NCBI GenBank assembly: GCA_965262915.1
Contig: OZ253564.1
Coordinates: 3,168,001-3,232,000, forward strand
Reading direction: 5' to 3'
Length of the DNA: 64,000 bases
Origin: Candidatus Spongiisociaceae bacterium
GTDB taxonomy: Bacteria > Actinomycetota > Acidimicrobiia > Spongiisociales > Spongiisociaceae
Shown: piece after piece, positions 1 to 10,004 of the stretch
How the letters are laid out: every line of letters starts with the position of its first letter
Numbering within the stretch: position 1 is the stretch's first letter
Position numbers and translations under genes: made by a program
The notes under the pieces: model-generated
Told to the model about the DNA's origin: nothing
Database searches by the model: none
Seen by the model: the letters and a program-made list of their open reading frames with translations, nothing else

Positions 1-1135
1 CCGCCTCCGCCTCCTTCATGCCGCAGGTCGTGATTCCGGGGGTCCCGATCCTGAGCCCGCTGGTGATGAACGGCGGGCGAGGGTCGAAGGGGATCCCGTT
101 GCGATTGAGAGTGATACCGATCGAGTCGAGCAGGGCCGATGCTTCCTTCCCGGTCAGATCCTCGTCGATGGATCGCATGTCCAGCAGCAAGAGGTGATTG
201 TCGGTTCCGCCTGACACGACCCGTACTCCCCGGGCCGCCAACGCGTCGGCCATGGCCGACGCGTTGGCGATGATCTGGGCGGCGTACGCCTGGAACTCCA
301 CGGTGGAAGCCTCGTGGAAACACACCGCCTTCCCCGCTATCTGGTTGATGATCGGACCGCCCTGCATGTCGGGGAAGACAGACTTGTTGAGCCCGGCCCC
401 GTACCCTTCCTTGGCCATGATCAGGCCGCCGCGGGGACCCCGCAAGGCCTTGTGGGTGGTGGCCGTGACGATATCGGCGATGGGCGTCGGATTGGGCATC
501 GCCCTGCCGGCCACCAGACCGATGAAGTGGGCTGCGTCCACCATGAAGAGAGCACCCACTTCGTCGGCGATGGAACGGAAGGCCTGGTAGTCGAGGTGAC
601 GCGAGTAGGCCGAATACCCGGCCAGGACGATTCTGGGCCGGTGCGCGAGCGCCTTGGCTCGTACCTCGTCCATGTCGATGGTTTCGGTGTGGCGGTCCAC
701 TCCGTAGGCGATGAAGCGGTAGAGACGTCCAGAGAAGTTGACCGGTGAGCCGTGGGTGAGGTGACCTCCCTCGGCAAGGCTCAGCCCGAGCACGGTGTCT
801 CCCGGCTCGAGGTGCGCGAAGTAGACCCCCATGTTGGCCTGGGCCCCGGAATGGGGCTGGACGTTGACGTATTCGGCACCGAAGAGCGACTTCGCCCGGT
901 CGATGGCCAGGCTCTCGAGCAGATCGACCACCTGGCAGCCCTCGTAGTAGCGCCGGCCGGGGTATCCCTCCGCATACTTGTTGGTGTAGATGGATCCGCA
1001 GGCCTGCATGACCGCGGGGGAGGCGAAGTTCTCCGAAGCGATCAGGTGGATATGGGTGTTCTGGCGGTGCACGTCTGCCCCGATGAGATCGGCTACCGCT
1101 CCGTCCACCTGCTCGATGGGTCGCATGTCGGTCAT
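1..1135 (-). CDS. glyA: Serine hydroxymethyltransferase (runs off the left edge)
   Basis: Not in the ORF track; translated by hand from ATG 1135 (RBS GGAGG upstream): MTDMRPIEQVD...IHLIASENFASPAVMQACGSIYTNKYAEGYPGRRYYEGC..., plus PLP-lysine motif TTHKALRGPRGG. Confidence 0.95.
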   Translation of the reverse strand, partial: MTDMRPIEQVDGAVADLIGADVHRQNTHIHLIASENFASPAVMQACGSIYTNKYAEGYPGRRYYEGCQVVDLLESLAIDRAKSLFGAEYVNVQPHSGAQANMGVYFAHLEPGDTVLGLSLAEGGHLTHGSPVNFSGRLYRFIAYGVDRHTETIDMDEVRAKALAHRPRIVLAGYSAYSRHLDYQAFRSIADEVGALFMVDAAHFIGLVAGRAMPNPTPIADIVTATTHKALRGPRGGLIMAKEGYGAGLNKSVFPDMQGGPIINQIAGKAVCFHEASTVEFQAYAAQIIANASAMADALAARGVRVVSGGTDNHLLLLDMRSIDEDLTGKEASALLDSIGITLNRNGIPFDPRPPFITSGLRIGTPGITTCGMKEAEA

Positions 1136-1186
1136 GCCCGTGACCTCCGTTGTCGGCTACCAACCGGCAGCGTAGCCCGTATTCGG

Positions 1187-1235
1187 TGGCCGGTGGTTGG
1201 TGGCGGGTGACCAGTGGCCGGTAGCCGGTGGTTGG
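1187..1235. repeat. Degenerate 7-bp tandem repeat, 7 units
   Basis: tggccgg tggttgg tggcggg tgaccag tggccgg tagccgg tggttgg. Confidence 0.7.
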
Positions 1236-1285
1236 GTAGCGGACCGGGGCCGCCGGAAGCCGCGGCGCCTTGCGGCTGGTCAGTT

Positions 1286-1593
1286 GGAGAGTCCTCCAAG
1301 AAGACAGTGGCAACGGTTGGCCCATCGTCCGCTGAGCAGGATTCTATTCTCGACCGTCGGGCCCGAGGGGGTTCTCGGCACCCTGCTGAGAGACTGGTAC
1401 GAATACCGGTTCGTCGGAATCAGCAGCGCTCCGACCGGGGTATCGTGGCTGCAAGACCGCCCAATGCGGGCTTTGACAACACCCTCCGAGGACGGTGGTC
1501 TACAACGGTGGGGAGCAACGGCCCGTCTTCCTCTGAACAGGCATTATGTGATCGGTCGACGGGCCGTGAAGGGGTTTCACACCACCCTCCTAG
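1286..1593. repeat. Tandem array of three ~100-bp MITE-like units (GGAGGGTG...CACCCTCC family)
   Basis: Units about 1286-1386, 1388-1487, 1490-1590 end in caccctgc/caccctcc; the last is followed by TAG and matches the reverse complement of 17851-17950 with about 6 mismatches over the first 80 nt. Confidence 0.7.
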
Positions 1594-1704
1594 CTACGAG
1601 AAGGCACCTACCTGGGCCGATGTCCTTCCGTGCTCCTGCCCTTGGGTGACTACGCCGGCATTATCGCGCCGGCCGGTTCGAATCGCTCGGTGCGGGAAGG
1701 TCGG

Positions 1705-3063
1705 TCAGACGAGGGTGAGGTACTGGTCCACCTCGGCGCGGGTCACCTGGTGATGGTGGTCCAGGAACTCCCGCCGCTTCGTTGCTGCGTAGTAGTCGGA
1801 GTAGGGACCGTCGGGCGTCATCCCCAGCCCCTCACGTAGCACGTCGTTGCCGGCCAGGTTGTCCGCTGCATGCAACAGGGTGGGCGGCAGGGTCTTGATC
1901 CCTCGATCCGCTATCTCTCCGGGCGAGAGGGCGAACAGGTTGGCCGTGTTCGGCTCTCCCGGGTCCATCTGCTTGTCGATACCGTCGAGACCGCAGGACA
2001 GCATGGCGGTGAACAACAAGTAGGGGTTGGCGGCGCCGTCGGGCAGGCGGATTTCGATGCGATCCGGCTCGGGCACCCGGATCATGTGGGTGCGGTTGTT
2101 TCCACCGTAGGCGGCATAGGCCGGGGCCCAGGTTGCACCGGAGGTAGGCGCTCCCACTCCCATGCGCTTGTAGGAGTTGACGATCGGGCACGCGAGGGCG
2201 ACAAGCGCCTCGGCGTGAGCCAGGAGACCGGCGGTGAACTGGTACGCGAGGTCGCTGAGACCCAGGCCCTTGGTGTCGGTGTCGCCGGCTGGGAACAAGG
2301 GTTCGTCGGTGTCCCCGGTCCATAGGCTCATGTGGGCGTGGAGCCCGTTTCCGGTCTTGTCGGCGAAGGGTTTGGGCATGAACGTGGCGTACCGTCCGTC
2401 CCGCTGCGCAATGGTGTGGACCATCAGACGGAACACGATGAGACGGTCGGCGGTGGTCATGGCATCCGAGTACTTCCAGTTCTGTTCGAACTGGCCGTTG
2501 GCGTCCTCGTGGTCGTTGGCGTAGTTCTCCCAACCCATCGTGTTCATATGCTTCGACACTTCGGTCAGATGCGGCAGCATACGGGTCAGCCCCCGCGCGT
2601 CGTAGCAGGGTCGCGGGTCGTTGTCACGCTCGTCGGCGACTCTGATGGTTCCATCGCCGTCTCGCACCACCAGGGAGTATTCGGCTTCGAAGCCGGACTT
2701 GAGGACCAGGTTGCGATCCGCCAACGACTCGAGCGCCTTACGGAGGATCACCCGGGGTGCGTAGGGCCACAGTTCGCCTTCCACCGTGGGGTCGCACTGC
2801 ATGACGGCTACGTTCGGTTGCCACGGCAACTGCGTGTAGGACGCGGGATCCGGTATCGCCAGGATGTCCGGACTGGAAGGGTCCTGACCTATGGGGCCGG
2901 CCGCGAAGCCGGCGAACCCGGCGCCGTCGGCCATCAGACCGTCGAGCGCTTCGACGGGTACGAGCTTGGCACAGGGCTTGCCGTGCATCTCGACGAACAT
3001 GGCGTAGATGAACTCGACGCCATCCGCTTCGATCCTGGACCGGATGTCCTCCACTGAGCCCAT
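1705..3063 (-). CDS. glnT: Type III glutamine synthetase-like protein, likely gamma-glutamylmethylamide synthetase (GmaS/GlnT)
   Basis: Start MGSVEDIR at 3063 after GAGGAGG; GS motifs DHEDANGQFE, ATFMPKPF, GNGLHAHMSLW, NRTHMIRVP, IEIRLPDGAANPYL; divergent from mgsABC-like genes. Confidence 0.85.
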   Translation of the reverse strand: MGSVEDIRSRIEADGVEFIYAMFVEMHGKPCAKLVPVEALDGLMADGAGFAGFAAGPIGQDPSSPDILAIPDPASYTQLPWQPNVAVMQCDPTVEGELWPYAPRVILRKALESLADRNLVLKSGFEAEYSLVVRDGDGTIRVADERDNDPRPCYDARGLTRMLPHLTEVSKHMNTMGWENYANDHEDANGQFEQNWKYSDAMTTADRLIVFRLMVHTIAQRDGRYATFMPKPFADKTGNGLHAHMSLWTGDTDEPLFPAGDTDTKGLGLSDLAYQFTAGLLAHAEALVALACPIVNSYKRMGVGAPTSGATWAPAYAAYGGNNRTHMIRVPEPDRIEIRLPDGAANPYLLFTAMLSCGLDGIDKQMDPGEPNTANLFALSPGEIADRGIKTLPPTLLHAADNLAGNDVLREGLGMTPDGPYSDYYAATKRREFLDHHHQVTRAEVDQYLTLV

Positions 3064-3149
3064 GTCAAACCTCCTCGTGCAGCGTCCCAGCAATTGATTT
3101 CGGCGGCAACGGGTGTCCGGCAACGACTGCTGGGAAACGGGCTTAACCG

Positions 3150-3219
3150 GTGGTCTACATGCAAGACGACCTGCCTTGCCCTGCTTGCCGGCGACGCCAT
3201 TTCACAGGCAGACCACTAG
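3150..3219. repeat. Short inverted-repeat element, TAGTGGTCTGTC...GACAGACCACTA family, copy 1
   Basis: gtggtctacatgcaagac...gacgccatttcacaggcagaccactag; homologous to 9934-10004, 15647-15720, 23399-23565, 33261-33357. Confidence 0.8.
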
Positions 3220-3278
3220 TAGTGTTCGAGAGTACATTAGCCCCGCAGTCCCCGAGCCAATCTGATGAGGAGGGCACC

Positions 3279-4178
3279 ATGTGCGGAATCGTGGGCCTGT
3301 TTCTCAAAACCGAGAGGTTCCAATCACAACTCGGAGAGCTCACCGCCGACATGCTGCACGAGATGCGCGATCGCGGTCCGGACAGCGCCGGGTTTGCGAT
3401 CTACAACCGGGGCCGAGCCGACCTGACTCGCATAACCGTGCTGGCGGAAGGACGCAGGCCTGACTGGGGTGAGACCGCTGCCGATCTCGAAACCGTCCTC
3501 GGCGCCGAGGTTTCGGTCCGGCCGATCCGGGATCACGCGGTGCTCGAGACCAGAGGCGACGGCAGCCGGGCCCGCCAATGGTTCATCGACAACGCACCCG
3601 AGGTCGAGGTCCTCAGCTACGGGTCCCAGATGGAGATTTACAAGGCGGTCGGCGATCCCGATCTGGTGGCGATCAACTACGACCTCCGCTCCCGTTCCGG
3701 AACCCACGCCCTCGCCCACACGCGGATGGCTACCGAGTCGGCGGTCACGACCAACGGGTCCCACCCCTTCGCTACCGGCGCCGACACCTGCCTCGTGCAC
3801 AACGGTTCCCTGTCGAACTACAACCACCTCCGGAGCCGGCTAGAGCGCCAGGGCGAGCTCTTCCAGACGGAGAACGACTCCGAAGTGGCCGCCGGCTACC
3901 TGGCGTGGCGCCTCCGGGAAGGCGACAGCATCGAGGAAGCTCTCGAACGCGCCCTGGTGGCGCTCGACGGGTTCTTCACGTTCGCGATCGGAATCGAGGA
4001 CGGCTTCGCCATCCTGCGGGATCCCATCGCCTGCAAGCCGGCGATCGTCGCCGAGACCGACGACTGGGTGGCCATGTCATCGGAGTACCGGGCAATCACC
4101 CACCTGCCCGATTCCGGCCACGCCACCGTGTGGGAACCGGCGCCGGGCGTCATCTACACCTGGTCCCGCGCTGCGTGA
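3279..4178 (+). CDS. mgsA: Class II glutamine amidotransferase, N-methylglutamate synthase subunit A (MgsA/GlxB)
   Basis: MCGIVG Ntn start after GAGGAGG; RGPDSAG, HTRMATES, HPF, VHNG, NDSEV motifs. Confidence 0.82.
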   Translation: MCGIVGLFLKTERFQSQLGELTADMLHEMRDRGPDSAGFAIYNRGRADLTRITVLAEGRRPDWGETAADLETVLGAEVSVRPIRDHAVLETRGDGSRARQWFIDNAPEVEVLSYGSQMEIYKAVGDPDLVAINYDLRSRSGTHALAHTRMATESAVTTNGSHPFATGADTCLVHNGSLSNYNHLRSRLERQGELFQTENDSEVAAGYLAWRLREGDSIEEALERALVALDGFFTFAIGIEDGFAILRDPIACKPAIVAETDDWVAMSSEYRAITHLPDSGHATVWEPAPGVIYTWSRAA

Positions 4179-4882
4179 GCAGAACGCATCCGATCACCAC
4201 TATCGATCTGGTTGAGACGCCGCTTCGCGACCTCAACCAGATGCTCCACCAAGCCGAACGAGGCTCCTTCCGGGTACTGAACCCTCGCGGGGCACACAGC
4301 GTGGCATGCGGTATCGACGCCGACATCGGCGTGGAGATCCGTGGCTCGGTCGGCTACTACTGCTCAGGTATGCACCAGAAGGGATCGGTATACGTCGACG
4401 GGAACGCCAGCACCGGGCTGGCCGAGAACATCATGTCGGGAACGGTGCACATCGCAGGGAGCGCAACCATGTCAGCCGGGGCCACCGGCCACGGAGGACT
4501 GGTGGTGATCGAGGGAAATGCCGGTGCCCGGTGCGGGATCTCGATGAAGGGAGTCGACATCGTGGTGGGGGGCAATGTCGGACACATGAGCGCTTTCATG
4601 GCCCAGGCAGGGAATCTGGTCGTGCTGGGTAACGCCGGCGCCGATCTCGGTGACTCCGTCTACGAGGCCAACCTCTACGTGCGTGGTGATGTGGAGAGCC
4701 TCGGCGCGGATGCGATCCGAAAGGACCTGCGGTCCGAACATGTCCTGACCCTCGCCGGGCTGCTCGACGCCGCCGGGATGAAGGCCGACCCGAAGGATTT
4801 CAGGCGCTACGGATCGGGTCGGAACCTCTACAACTTCCACATCGACGACGTTGACGCGGAACTGGCGGGGAGAGCCGAATGA
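4175..4882 (+). CDS. mgsB: GXGXG beta-helix protein, N-methylglutamate synthase subunit B (MgsB/GlxC)
   Basis: GTG start overlaps mgsA stop (GTGA); AENIMSG, AGATGHGG, GARCGISMKG, GHMSAFMAQAG. Confidence 0.82.
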   Translation: MSRTHPITTIDLVETPLRDLNQMLHQAERGSFRVLNPRGAHSVACGIDADIGVEIRGSVGYYCSGMHQKGSVYVDGNASTGLAENIMSGTVHIAGSATMSAGATGHGGLVVIEGNAGARCGISMKGVDIVVGGNVGHMSAFMAQAGNLVVLGNAGADLGDSVYEANLYVRGDVESLGADAIRKDLRSEHVLTLAGLLDAAGMKADPKDFRRYGSGRNLYNFHIDDVDAELAGRAE

Positions 4883-6213
4883 ATCCCACCGGCGACAACT
4901 GGCACTTGCGGGAGTCATACACGTTCGACCGGCATGTGATCGCCGAGATCCACCGGGCGGCCAACACCGGCGTCTACCGGATCCGGGGCTGGGGGGCAAA
5001 GCGGAAGCTTCCGACCCTCGACGATCTGGTGTTCCTGGGAGCGTCGATGTCGCGCTACCCCCTCGAGGGTTATCGCGAGTCATGTGGAACCGATCTCGTC
5101 ATCGGGGCGGAGCGAGCGGCTAGACCCCTCGCGCTGGAAATACCGGTGACCATCGCCGGTATGAGTTTCGGCTCGCTGTCCAGCCAGGCTAAGCAGGCGC
5201 TGGGCCGGGGGGCCAGCGCGATGGGAACGTCGACGACCAGCGGGGACGGCGGGATGCTTCCGGAGGAGCGCGAGCATTCCTCCAAGCTCGTCTACCAGTA
5301 CCTTCCGTCACGCTACGGCCAGAACCCCGACGATCTTCGCTTGGCCGACGCGATAGAGGTGGTGGTGGGGCAGGGAGCGAAGCCCGGCGGGGGCGGCATG
5401 CTCCTCGGGCAAAAGGTCAGCGAGCGGGTGGCGGAGATGCGCACGCTGCCCGCCGGCATCGACCAACGATCAGCCTGCCGCCACCCCGACTGGACCGGTC
5501 CCGACGACCTGCAGATCAAGATCCACGAGCTGCGCGAGATCGTCGACTGGGAAGTTCCGATCTTCGTCAAGATCGGCGCGGCCCGACCCTTCTACGACAC
5601 TGCCCTGGCCGTGAAGGCCGGCGCCGACGCGGTGGTCGTCGACGGCATGCAGGGCGGCACGGCCGCCACGCAGGACGTGTTCATCGAGCATGTGGGGATT
5701 CCCACCATCGCCGCCATACCGGAGGCTGCCCGGGCACTCCAGGACCTCGACGTGCATCGCCGCTCGGTCAAGCTGATCGCTTCGGGGGGTATCCGATCCG
5801 GCGCGGACGTGGCCAAGGCCCTGGCGCTGGGGGCTGATGCCGTCTCGATCGGCACCGCGGCGCTGATCGCCATCGGTGACAATGACCCCGCCTACGACGA
5901 GGAGTACCGCAGGCTGGGCTCGGCAGCCGGGTTCTGGGACGACCTGCAGGACGGGACGGACCCGGCCGGCATCGCCACCCAGGATCCGCGGCTGACGTCG
6001 CGCCTCGATCCGGTGATCGCCGGGCGCCGTCTGGCCAACTACCTGCAGGTGCTGACCTTGGAGACCCAGACCATCGCCCGGGCCTGCGGGAAGTCGCATA
6101 TCGTCAATCTCGAACCGGAGGATCTCGCGGCTCTGACGCTGGAGGCAGCCGCCATGGCCCAGGTACCGGTTGCCGGCACCGACTGGATTCCCGGAGCCAG
6201 ACGCAGGCGGTAA
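4879..6213 (+). CDS. mgsC: FMN-binding glutamate synthase family protein, N-methylglutamate synthase subunit C (MgsC/GlxD)
   Basis: AGMSFGSLS, GQGAKPGGGG, RHPDWTGPDDL, DGMQGGTAAT, ASGGIR; ATGA overlap with mgsB. Confidence 0.85.
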   Translation: MNPTGDNWHLRESYTFDRHVIAEIHRAANTGVYRIRGWGAKRKLPTLDDLVFLGASMSRYPLEGYRESCGTDLVIGAERAARPLALEIPVTIAGMSFGSLSSQAKQALGRGASAMGTSTTSGDGGMLPEEREHSSKLVYQYLPSRYGQNPDDLRLADAIEVVVGQGAKPGGGGMLLGQKVSERVAEMRTLPAGIDQRSACRHPDWTGPDDLQIKIHELREIVDWEVPIFVKIGAARPFYDTALAVKAGADAVVVDGMQGGTAATQDVFIEHVGIPTIAAIPEAARALQDLDVHRRSVKLIASGGIRSGADVAKALALGADAVSIGTAALIAIGDNDPAYDEEYRRLGSAAGFWDDLQDGTDPAGIATQDPRLTSRLDPVIAGRRLANYLQVLTLETQTIARACGKSHIVNLEPEDLAALTLEAAAMAQVPVAGTDWIPGARRRR

Positions 6214-6217
6214 GCGC

Positions 6218-6817
6218 TCAGGCGGCCGGGTCCGTCAAGGGACTGATGCCGAATTCCTGACCGGCGTCGAGGATTACACCGAACAGGTACTGGCCGAACG
6301 ACCGGTCGCAGGAGATCAGGTAGGAGCGAGTGCCATCGAGGTCGTTGCGAACGATGTCGCAGGTCACCCTGGCCAACGATGCCGATACGGCGGCGCCGTG
6401 AGGCGTCATATCGTCGTGCCAATCGAGGCTGCACAGCTTCTCCAGCACCGAGGCGCCCTCGGCGCCGGTCAACCGGAACAGGGCCCGGCTGTGGGTGCCG
6501 TCGATCACGCTTACGTGGCCGGACCGATCCAGGCTGCCAACCAGGACGTGAATGGCGGATTCCGGACCTAGGAGGATCCACTCGTCCGGGCGCTGGCCGA
6601 CGATGAGCACACCGTCCTCGGTCCGGCTGGTACCGAAGGGGGCGGACATCTGGAGGCAGGCTTTCGTTTCGCGTCCTGCCCTCACGATGGCCTTCGTGGT
6701 CGAAGAGATGTCACGGAGAGCCGGCCGCACGTCGGGTCGGCCAGGCTCCATCGGTGTACCCGCATAGGACACATAAGTCCTGCTCACAGGACTCTCGAAG
6801 GCGGGGGGATCACCCAC
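6218..6817 (-). CDS. soxG: Sarcosine oxidase / N-methylglutamate dehydrogenase gamma subunit
   Basis: RPDEWILL, VLEKLCSLD, CDRSFGQYL; last gene of a soxBDAG-type operon. Confidence 0.75.
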   Translation of the reverse strand: MGDPPAFESPVSRTYVSYAGTPMEPGRPDVRPALRDISSTTKAIVRAGRETKACLQMSAPFGTSRTEDGVLIVGQRPDEWILLGPESAIHVLVGSLDRSGHVSVIDGTHSRALFRLTGAEGASVLEKLCSLDWHDDMTPHGAAVSASLARVTCDIVRNDLDGTRSYLISCDRSFGQYLFGVILDAGQEFGISPLTDPAA

Positions 6818-9653
6818 GGACTCTCTCTCCCTCCGGATCGAAGTGGGCGTGGTGTTCCATGACCCGAGCCGTGATACGACGGCCGTCGGTCATGACGACC
6901 GTCAGTTCCGAACCCGGGGTCGAAGCCTCAGGCAGCACCTGACCCAGGCAGATCGAGCGGTCGAGCGTCGGCGACATGCGCGAGGAGGTGATCCGCCCGA
7001 TGATCTCGTTGGTGCCGGGCCTCACGATCTGGCTGGCTTCGTCCGGCACGATCAGGGGGTCCGAGGGCTGGATGGCCACCAGGATCGGCGCCGACGTGTC
7101 GTCCAGGGCCCAGGCAAGCTCGGGCTTGCCGGCGAAATCGTGCTTGTCCAGTTTGACGAGGTGCTGCAGTCCCGTGGTAGGTACCTTGGTGAGACCGTCC
7201 GTATCCTGTCCCACGATGAAATGGCCCTTCTCGAGCCGCATGATCCGCTGGCACTCCACGGCGAACGGCCTGATACCGAGATCCTTGCCTGCTTCTAGCA
7301 GCGCCTCCCATACGTGGAGGCCGTAGCCGGCCGGAACGTGGAGCTCGAAGGACAGTTCCCCCGTGAACCCGATACGCCACATGAAGCAGTTCCGGATACC
7401 GGCGATCGTGCCGGTCCGCACCTGCATGTACCTGAAGGATTCGGGGTCGAGGTCCACGCCTTCCACGAGCCGGCGCATGAGAGTCCGTGCCTTGGGACCT
7501 GCCACGTTGATGCTGGTGAACCCACTGGTCACCGGGGTGATATGCACCCGCCAGTCGGGATGCTCGGTCTGGAGCCAGTTCTCGGCCCATTCCCACACCG
7601 TTGCGGCGCCTGAACTGGTGGTGGTCGTCATGTAGTGCTGGTCACCGAGGCGCCCGGTGACCCCGTCGTCGAGGACCACGCCGTCCTCGGTGCACATGAT
7701 GCCGTACCGCACCGATCCGACCGCCAGCTTCATCCACTTGTTGGTGTAGAGATGGCTGAGAAGTTCCGGTACGTCGGGTCCGCGAAGGTCGAGCTTGCCC
7801 AGCGGGGTGACATCCATGAGGCCGACGTTCTGCCTGGTGTTGAGCACCTCGCCGACCGGGTCGCCGTAGTGGTCGGGGCGGATCCATTGGCCGGCCAGCA
7901 TGAACGTGGCGCCACTGGATTCGTGCCAGGGCTGGATCGAGGACACCCGTTCCGGCTCGAACATGCGGCCAGCCAGCGCCCCCAAGGTGATCGGCGCGTA
8001 GGGCGGTCGCCACACCGTGGTACCGACCTCGGAGATGGTCTGTCTCCGAGCCTCGGCCAGCACCGCTACCGTGTTGACGGTTTCCAGCTTGCCCTGGCTC
8101 GGACCCATGGTGGCGGTCGTGTAGCGCTTCAGGAGCTCCACCGAGTCGTACCCCTCCGCCGCGGCACTCACCATGTCTTTGGAACTCACATCTTCGGAGA
8201 AGTCGACGACCCCGTGCGTGGACGACCGGAAGAGGGCCGGATGGGGGTGTCGGGGCAGCGCGGGGCGGGTATCCCCCGGCCACTCGGGCTCGTCTCCGTT
8301 TACGGGAACGGCCCTCGTCGTGGCAGCCTGCAGGCGATGAGCTACGGACCGCGCCCGTGCTGCAGCCAGCCGACCGGTGGCCCGGGCGTGTTCGATGAGT
8401 TGTTCGTGGCTGCCATCGCCGACGATGCCGCCCGTCGCCAGCACGTTGGCGATCGGGACCGACGGGAAGAACCGAGCTGCATCCTGGTCGTAGACAGGTC
8501 GGTCACCCGACATGTTCAGCAACGAGGTGGGTGCTGTCCAACCGGTCGCGGTCACCAGTAGATCGCACTCAAGTTTCCTACCGTCGGCCAGTTCAACACC
8601 CTTGACGGCTTTGGCTCCCCCGCGGGCTGCCACGATGTTCCCGCCTTCGCGGGCATCCACCACCGTCACGTCCACACCGGCCCGGTCCAGGTCGGCGGCG
8701 GCGGCGTCCCCATCGGGGTTGGCCGTGAATACCACCGCGGTGTTGCCCGGTCTCACCGCGTACATGTTCATGAAGCGCCGCACCGCACCCGAGAGCATCA
8801 CTCCCGGCTTGTCGTTGCCGTCGAACACGTAGGGTCGCTCGATCAGACCCGGCGCAACGACCAGAACCTTGGACCGGGCCTTGATGAGCCGCTCGACCGC
8901 GACCGGATGGTTGCGCCCGACGATGGCGGTCCAGTTGTCCTCGTAGCGCCCGGTGACGGTCGAGTCGGTCAGCACCTCTACCCCTGCGGCCACGACTGCG
9001 CCGGTTAGGTCGGCGGCCAGGGCACGGTCGCGGTCATCGGCCCAGAGGAGATGGCCACCCAGACGGCGACCTTGCTCCACCAGCAGCACCCGCGCCCCGG
9101 CCTCGGCGGCCGCGAGGGCGGCGGCCATCCCCGCCGGACCTCCGCCGGCCACCACCACATCCGGGTGGGTATAACGCTTGTCGTGGTACCGGTGCGGCGT
9201 ATCGAGGGCGATTCTCCCTCCGGGTGAGAAGGTAGCCAGCACCTTCTCGTAGGTGGGCCAGAGCCACTGCGGTCGCATGAAGGTCTTGTAGTAGAAACCG
9301 GCTGTCAGCAAGCGCGAGGCCAGCCCGGCAACGGCTCTCAGGTCATGATCGAGCGAAGGCCACACGTTCTGAGCCTCGACCTGCATGCCGGGCTCGATCA
9401 GGCGGTGGGCCGAGCGTACGTTGGGGTCGTCTCCTACCTGGACCAGCCCGTTGGGATCCCAGAAGTCGTTGGTCAGGTAACCCCGCGGACGGCGGTACTT
9501 CATCGACCGGGAAATGACGCGGACGCCACCGGCCACCAGCGCCGAAGCGATCGTGTCGCCCTCGAAACCCGACATCGGCCACCCATTCCACGTGAACTCG
9601 ACGGGGCGGGACCGGTCGATCACCTCACCGGACTGGAGGGGAAGGCGACTCAC
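6810..9653 (-). CDS. soxA: Sarcosine oxidase / N-methylglutamate dehydrogenase alpha subunit
   Basis: Likely start GTG 9653 overlapping soxD stop; GDTIASAL, SRSMKYRRPRG, GGGPAG, LKRYTTATMGPSQGK, C-terminal aminomethyltransferase domain (IGFTGELSFE, MRLEKG). Confidence 0.88.
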   Translation of the reverse strand: MSRLPLQSGEVIDRSRPVEFTWNGWPMSGFEGDTIASALVAGGVRVISRSMKYRRPRGYLTNDFWDPNGLVQVGDDPNVRSAHRLIEPGMQVEAQNVWPSLDHDLRAVAGLASRLLTAGFYYKTFMRPQWLWPTYEKVLATFSPGGRIALDTPHRYHDKRYTHPDVVVAGGGPAGMAAALAAAEAGARVLLVEQGRRLGGHLLWADDRDRALAADLTGAVVAAGVEVLTDSTVTGRYEDNWTAIVGRNHPVAVERLIKARSKVLVVAPGLIERPYVFDGNDKPGVMLSGAVRRFMNMYAVRPGNTAVVFTANPDGDAAAADLDRAGVDVTVVDAREGGNIVAARGGAKAVKGVELADGRKLECDLLVTATGWTAPTSLLNMSGDRPVYDQDAARFFPSVPIANVLATGGIVGDGSHEQLIEHARATGRLAAARARSVAHRLQAATTRAVPVNGDEPEWPGDTRPALPRHPHPALFRSSTHGVVDFSEDVSSKDMVSAAAEGYDSVELLKRYTTATMGPSQGKLETVNTVAVLAEARRQTISEVGTTVWRPPYAPITLGALAGRMFEPERVSSIQPWHESSGATFMLAGQWIRPDHYGDPVGEVLNTRQNVGLMDVTPLGKLDLRGPDVPELLSHLYTNKWMKLAVGSVRYGIMCTEDGVVLDDGVTGRLGDQHYMTTTTSSGAATVWEWAENWLQTEHPDWRVHITPVTSGFTSINVAGPKARTLMRRLVEGVDLDPESFRYMQVRTGTIAGIRNCFMWRIGFTGELSFELHVPAGYGLHVWEALLEAGKDLGIRPFAVECQRIMRLEKGHFIVGQDTDGLTKVPTTGLQHLVKLDKHDFAGKPELAWALDDTSAPILVAIQPSDPLIVPDEASQIVRPGTNEIIGRITSSRMSPTLDRSICLGQVLPEASTPGSELTVVMTDGRRITARVMEHHAHFDPEGERVRG

Positions 9654-9922
9654 GGCCTCTTCCCGATCTTGGTTCCGGGTATCGGGGGGTTGGTGAACTC
9701 GTTGGTGACGGTGTCGCGCTCGAGCACGAAGTACCGGCGACAGCCGGAGCGGCAGTACCAGGTCTCGCGAAGGAGCCCCGCCGGGTTGGCTCTCTCGTAC
9801 AGGTAGCCTCGCCACTCGCTCGCCGTGGCCGAGTTGGGATCGGGTCTGGGGCGGGACTCGCCGACGTATCGCAGGTCGGAAGCGTTCCGGGGACCGCAGT
9901 TGGGGCAGGGAACGATCAGCAA
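9650..9922 (-). CDS. soxD: Sarcosine oxidase / N-methylglutamate dehydrogenase delta subunit
   Basis: CPNCGPR...YLYERANPAG...GCRRYF...RDTVTNE zinc-binding SoxD pattern. Confidence 0.88.
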   Translation of the reverse strand: MLIVPCPNCGPRNASDLRYVGESRPRPDPNSATASEWRGYLYERANPAGLLRETWYCRSGCRRYFVLERDTVTNEFTNPPIPGTKIGKRP

Positions 9923-9933
9923 GGTATCCCCCC

Positions 9934-10004
9934 AGTGGTCTGTCTGTGAAATGGCGTCGCTGGCAAGTAGGGCACGACAAGTTGTTTCACAGGCAGACCA
10001 CTAG
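9934..10004. repeat. TAGTGGTCTGTC family element, copy 2, between soxB and soxD
   Basis: agtggtctgtctgtgaaa...tttcacaggcagaccactag; terminal CTAG contains the soxB stop. Confidence 0.85.

Noticed and set aside
3150-3278. CxxC-containing N-terminal extensions in the ORF track (LPCPACRRRHFTGRPL on mgsA, MSCPTCQRRHFTDRPL on soxA, similar ORF at 15455-15697)
   Set aside because: These come from reading through the repeat element. MgsA needs a free N-terminal Cys and has a strong RBS at 3279; the soxA extension overlaps soxD.
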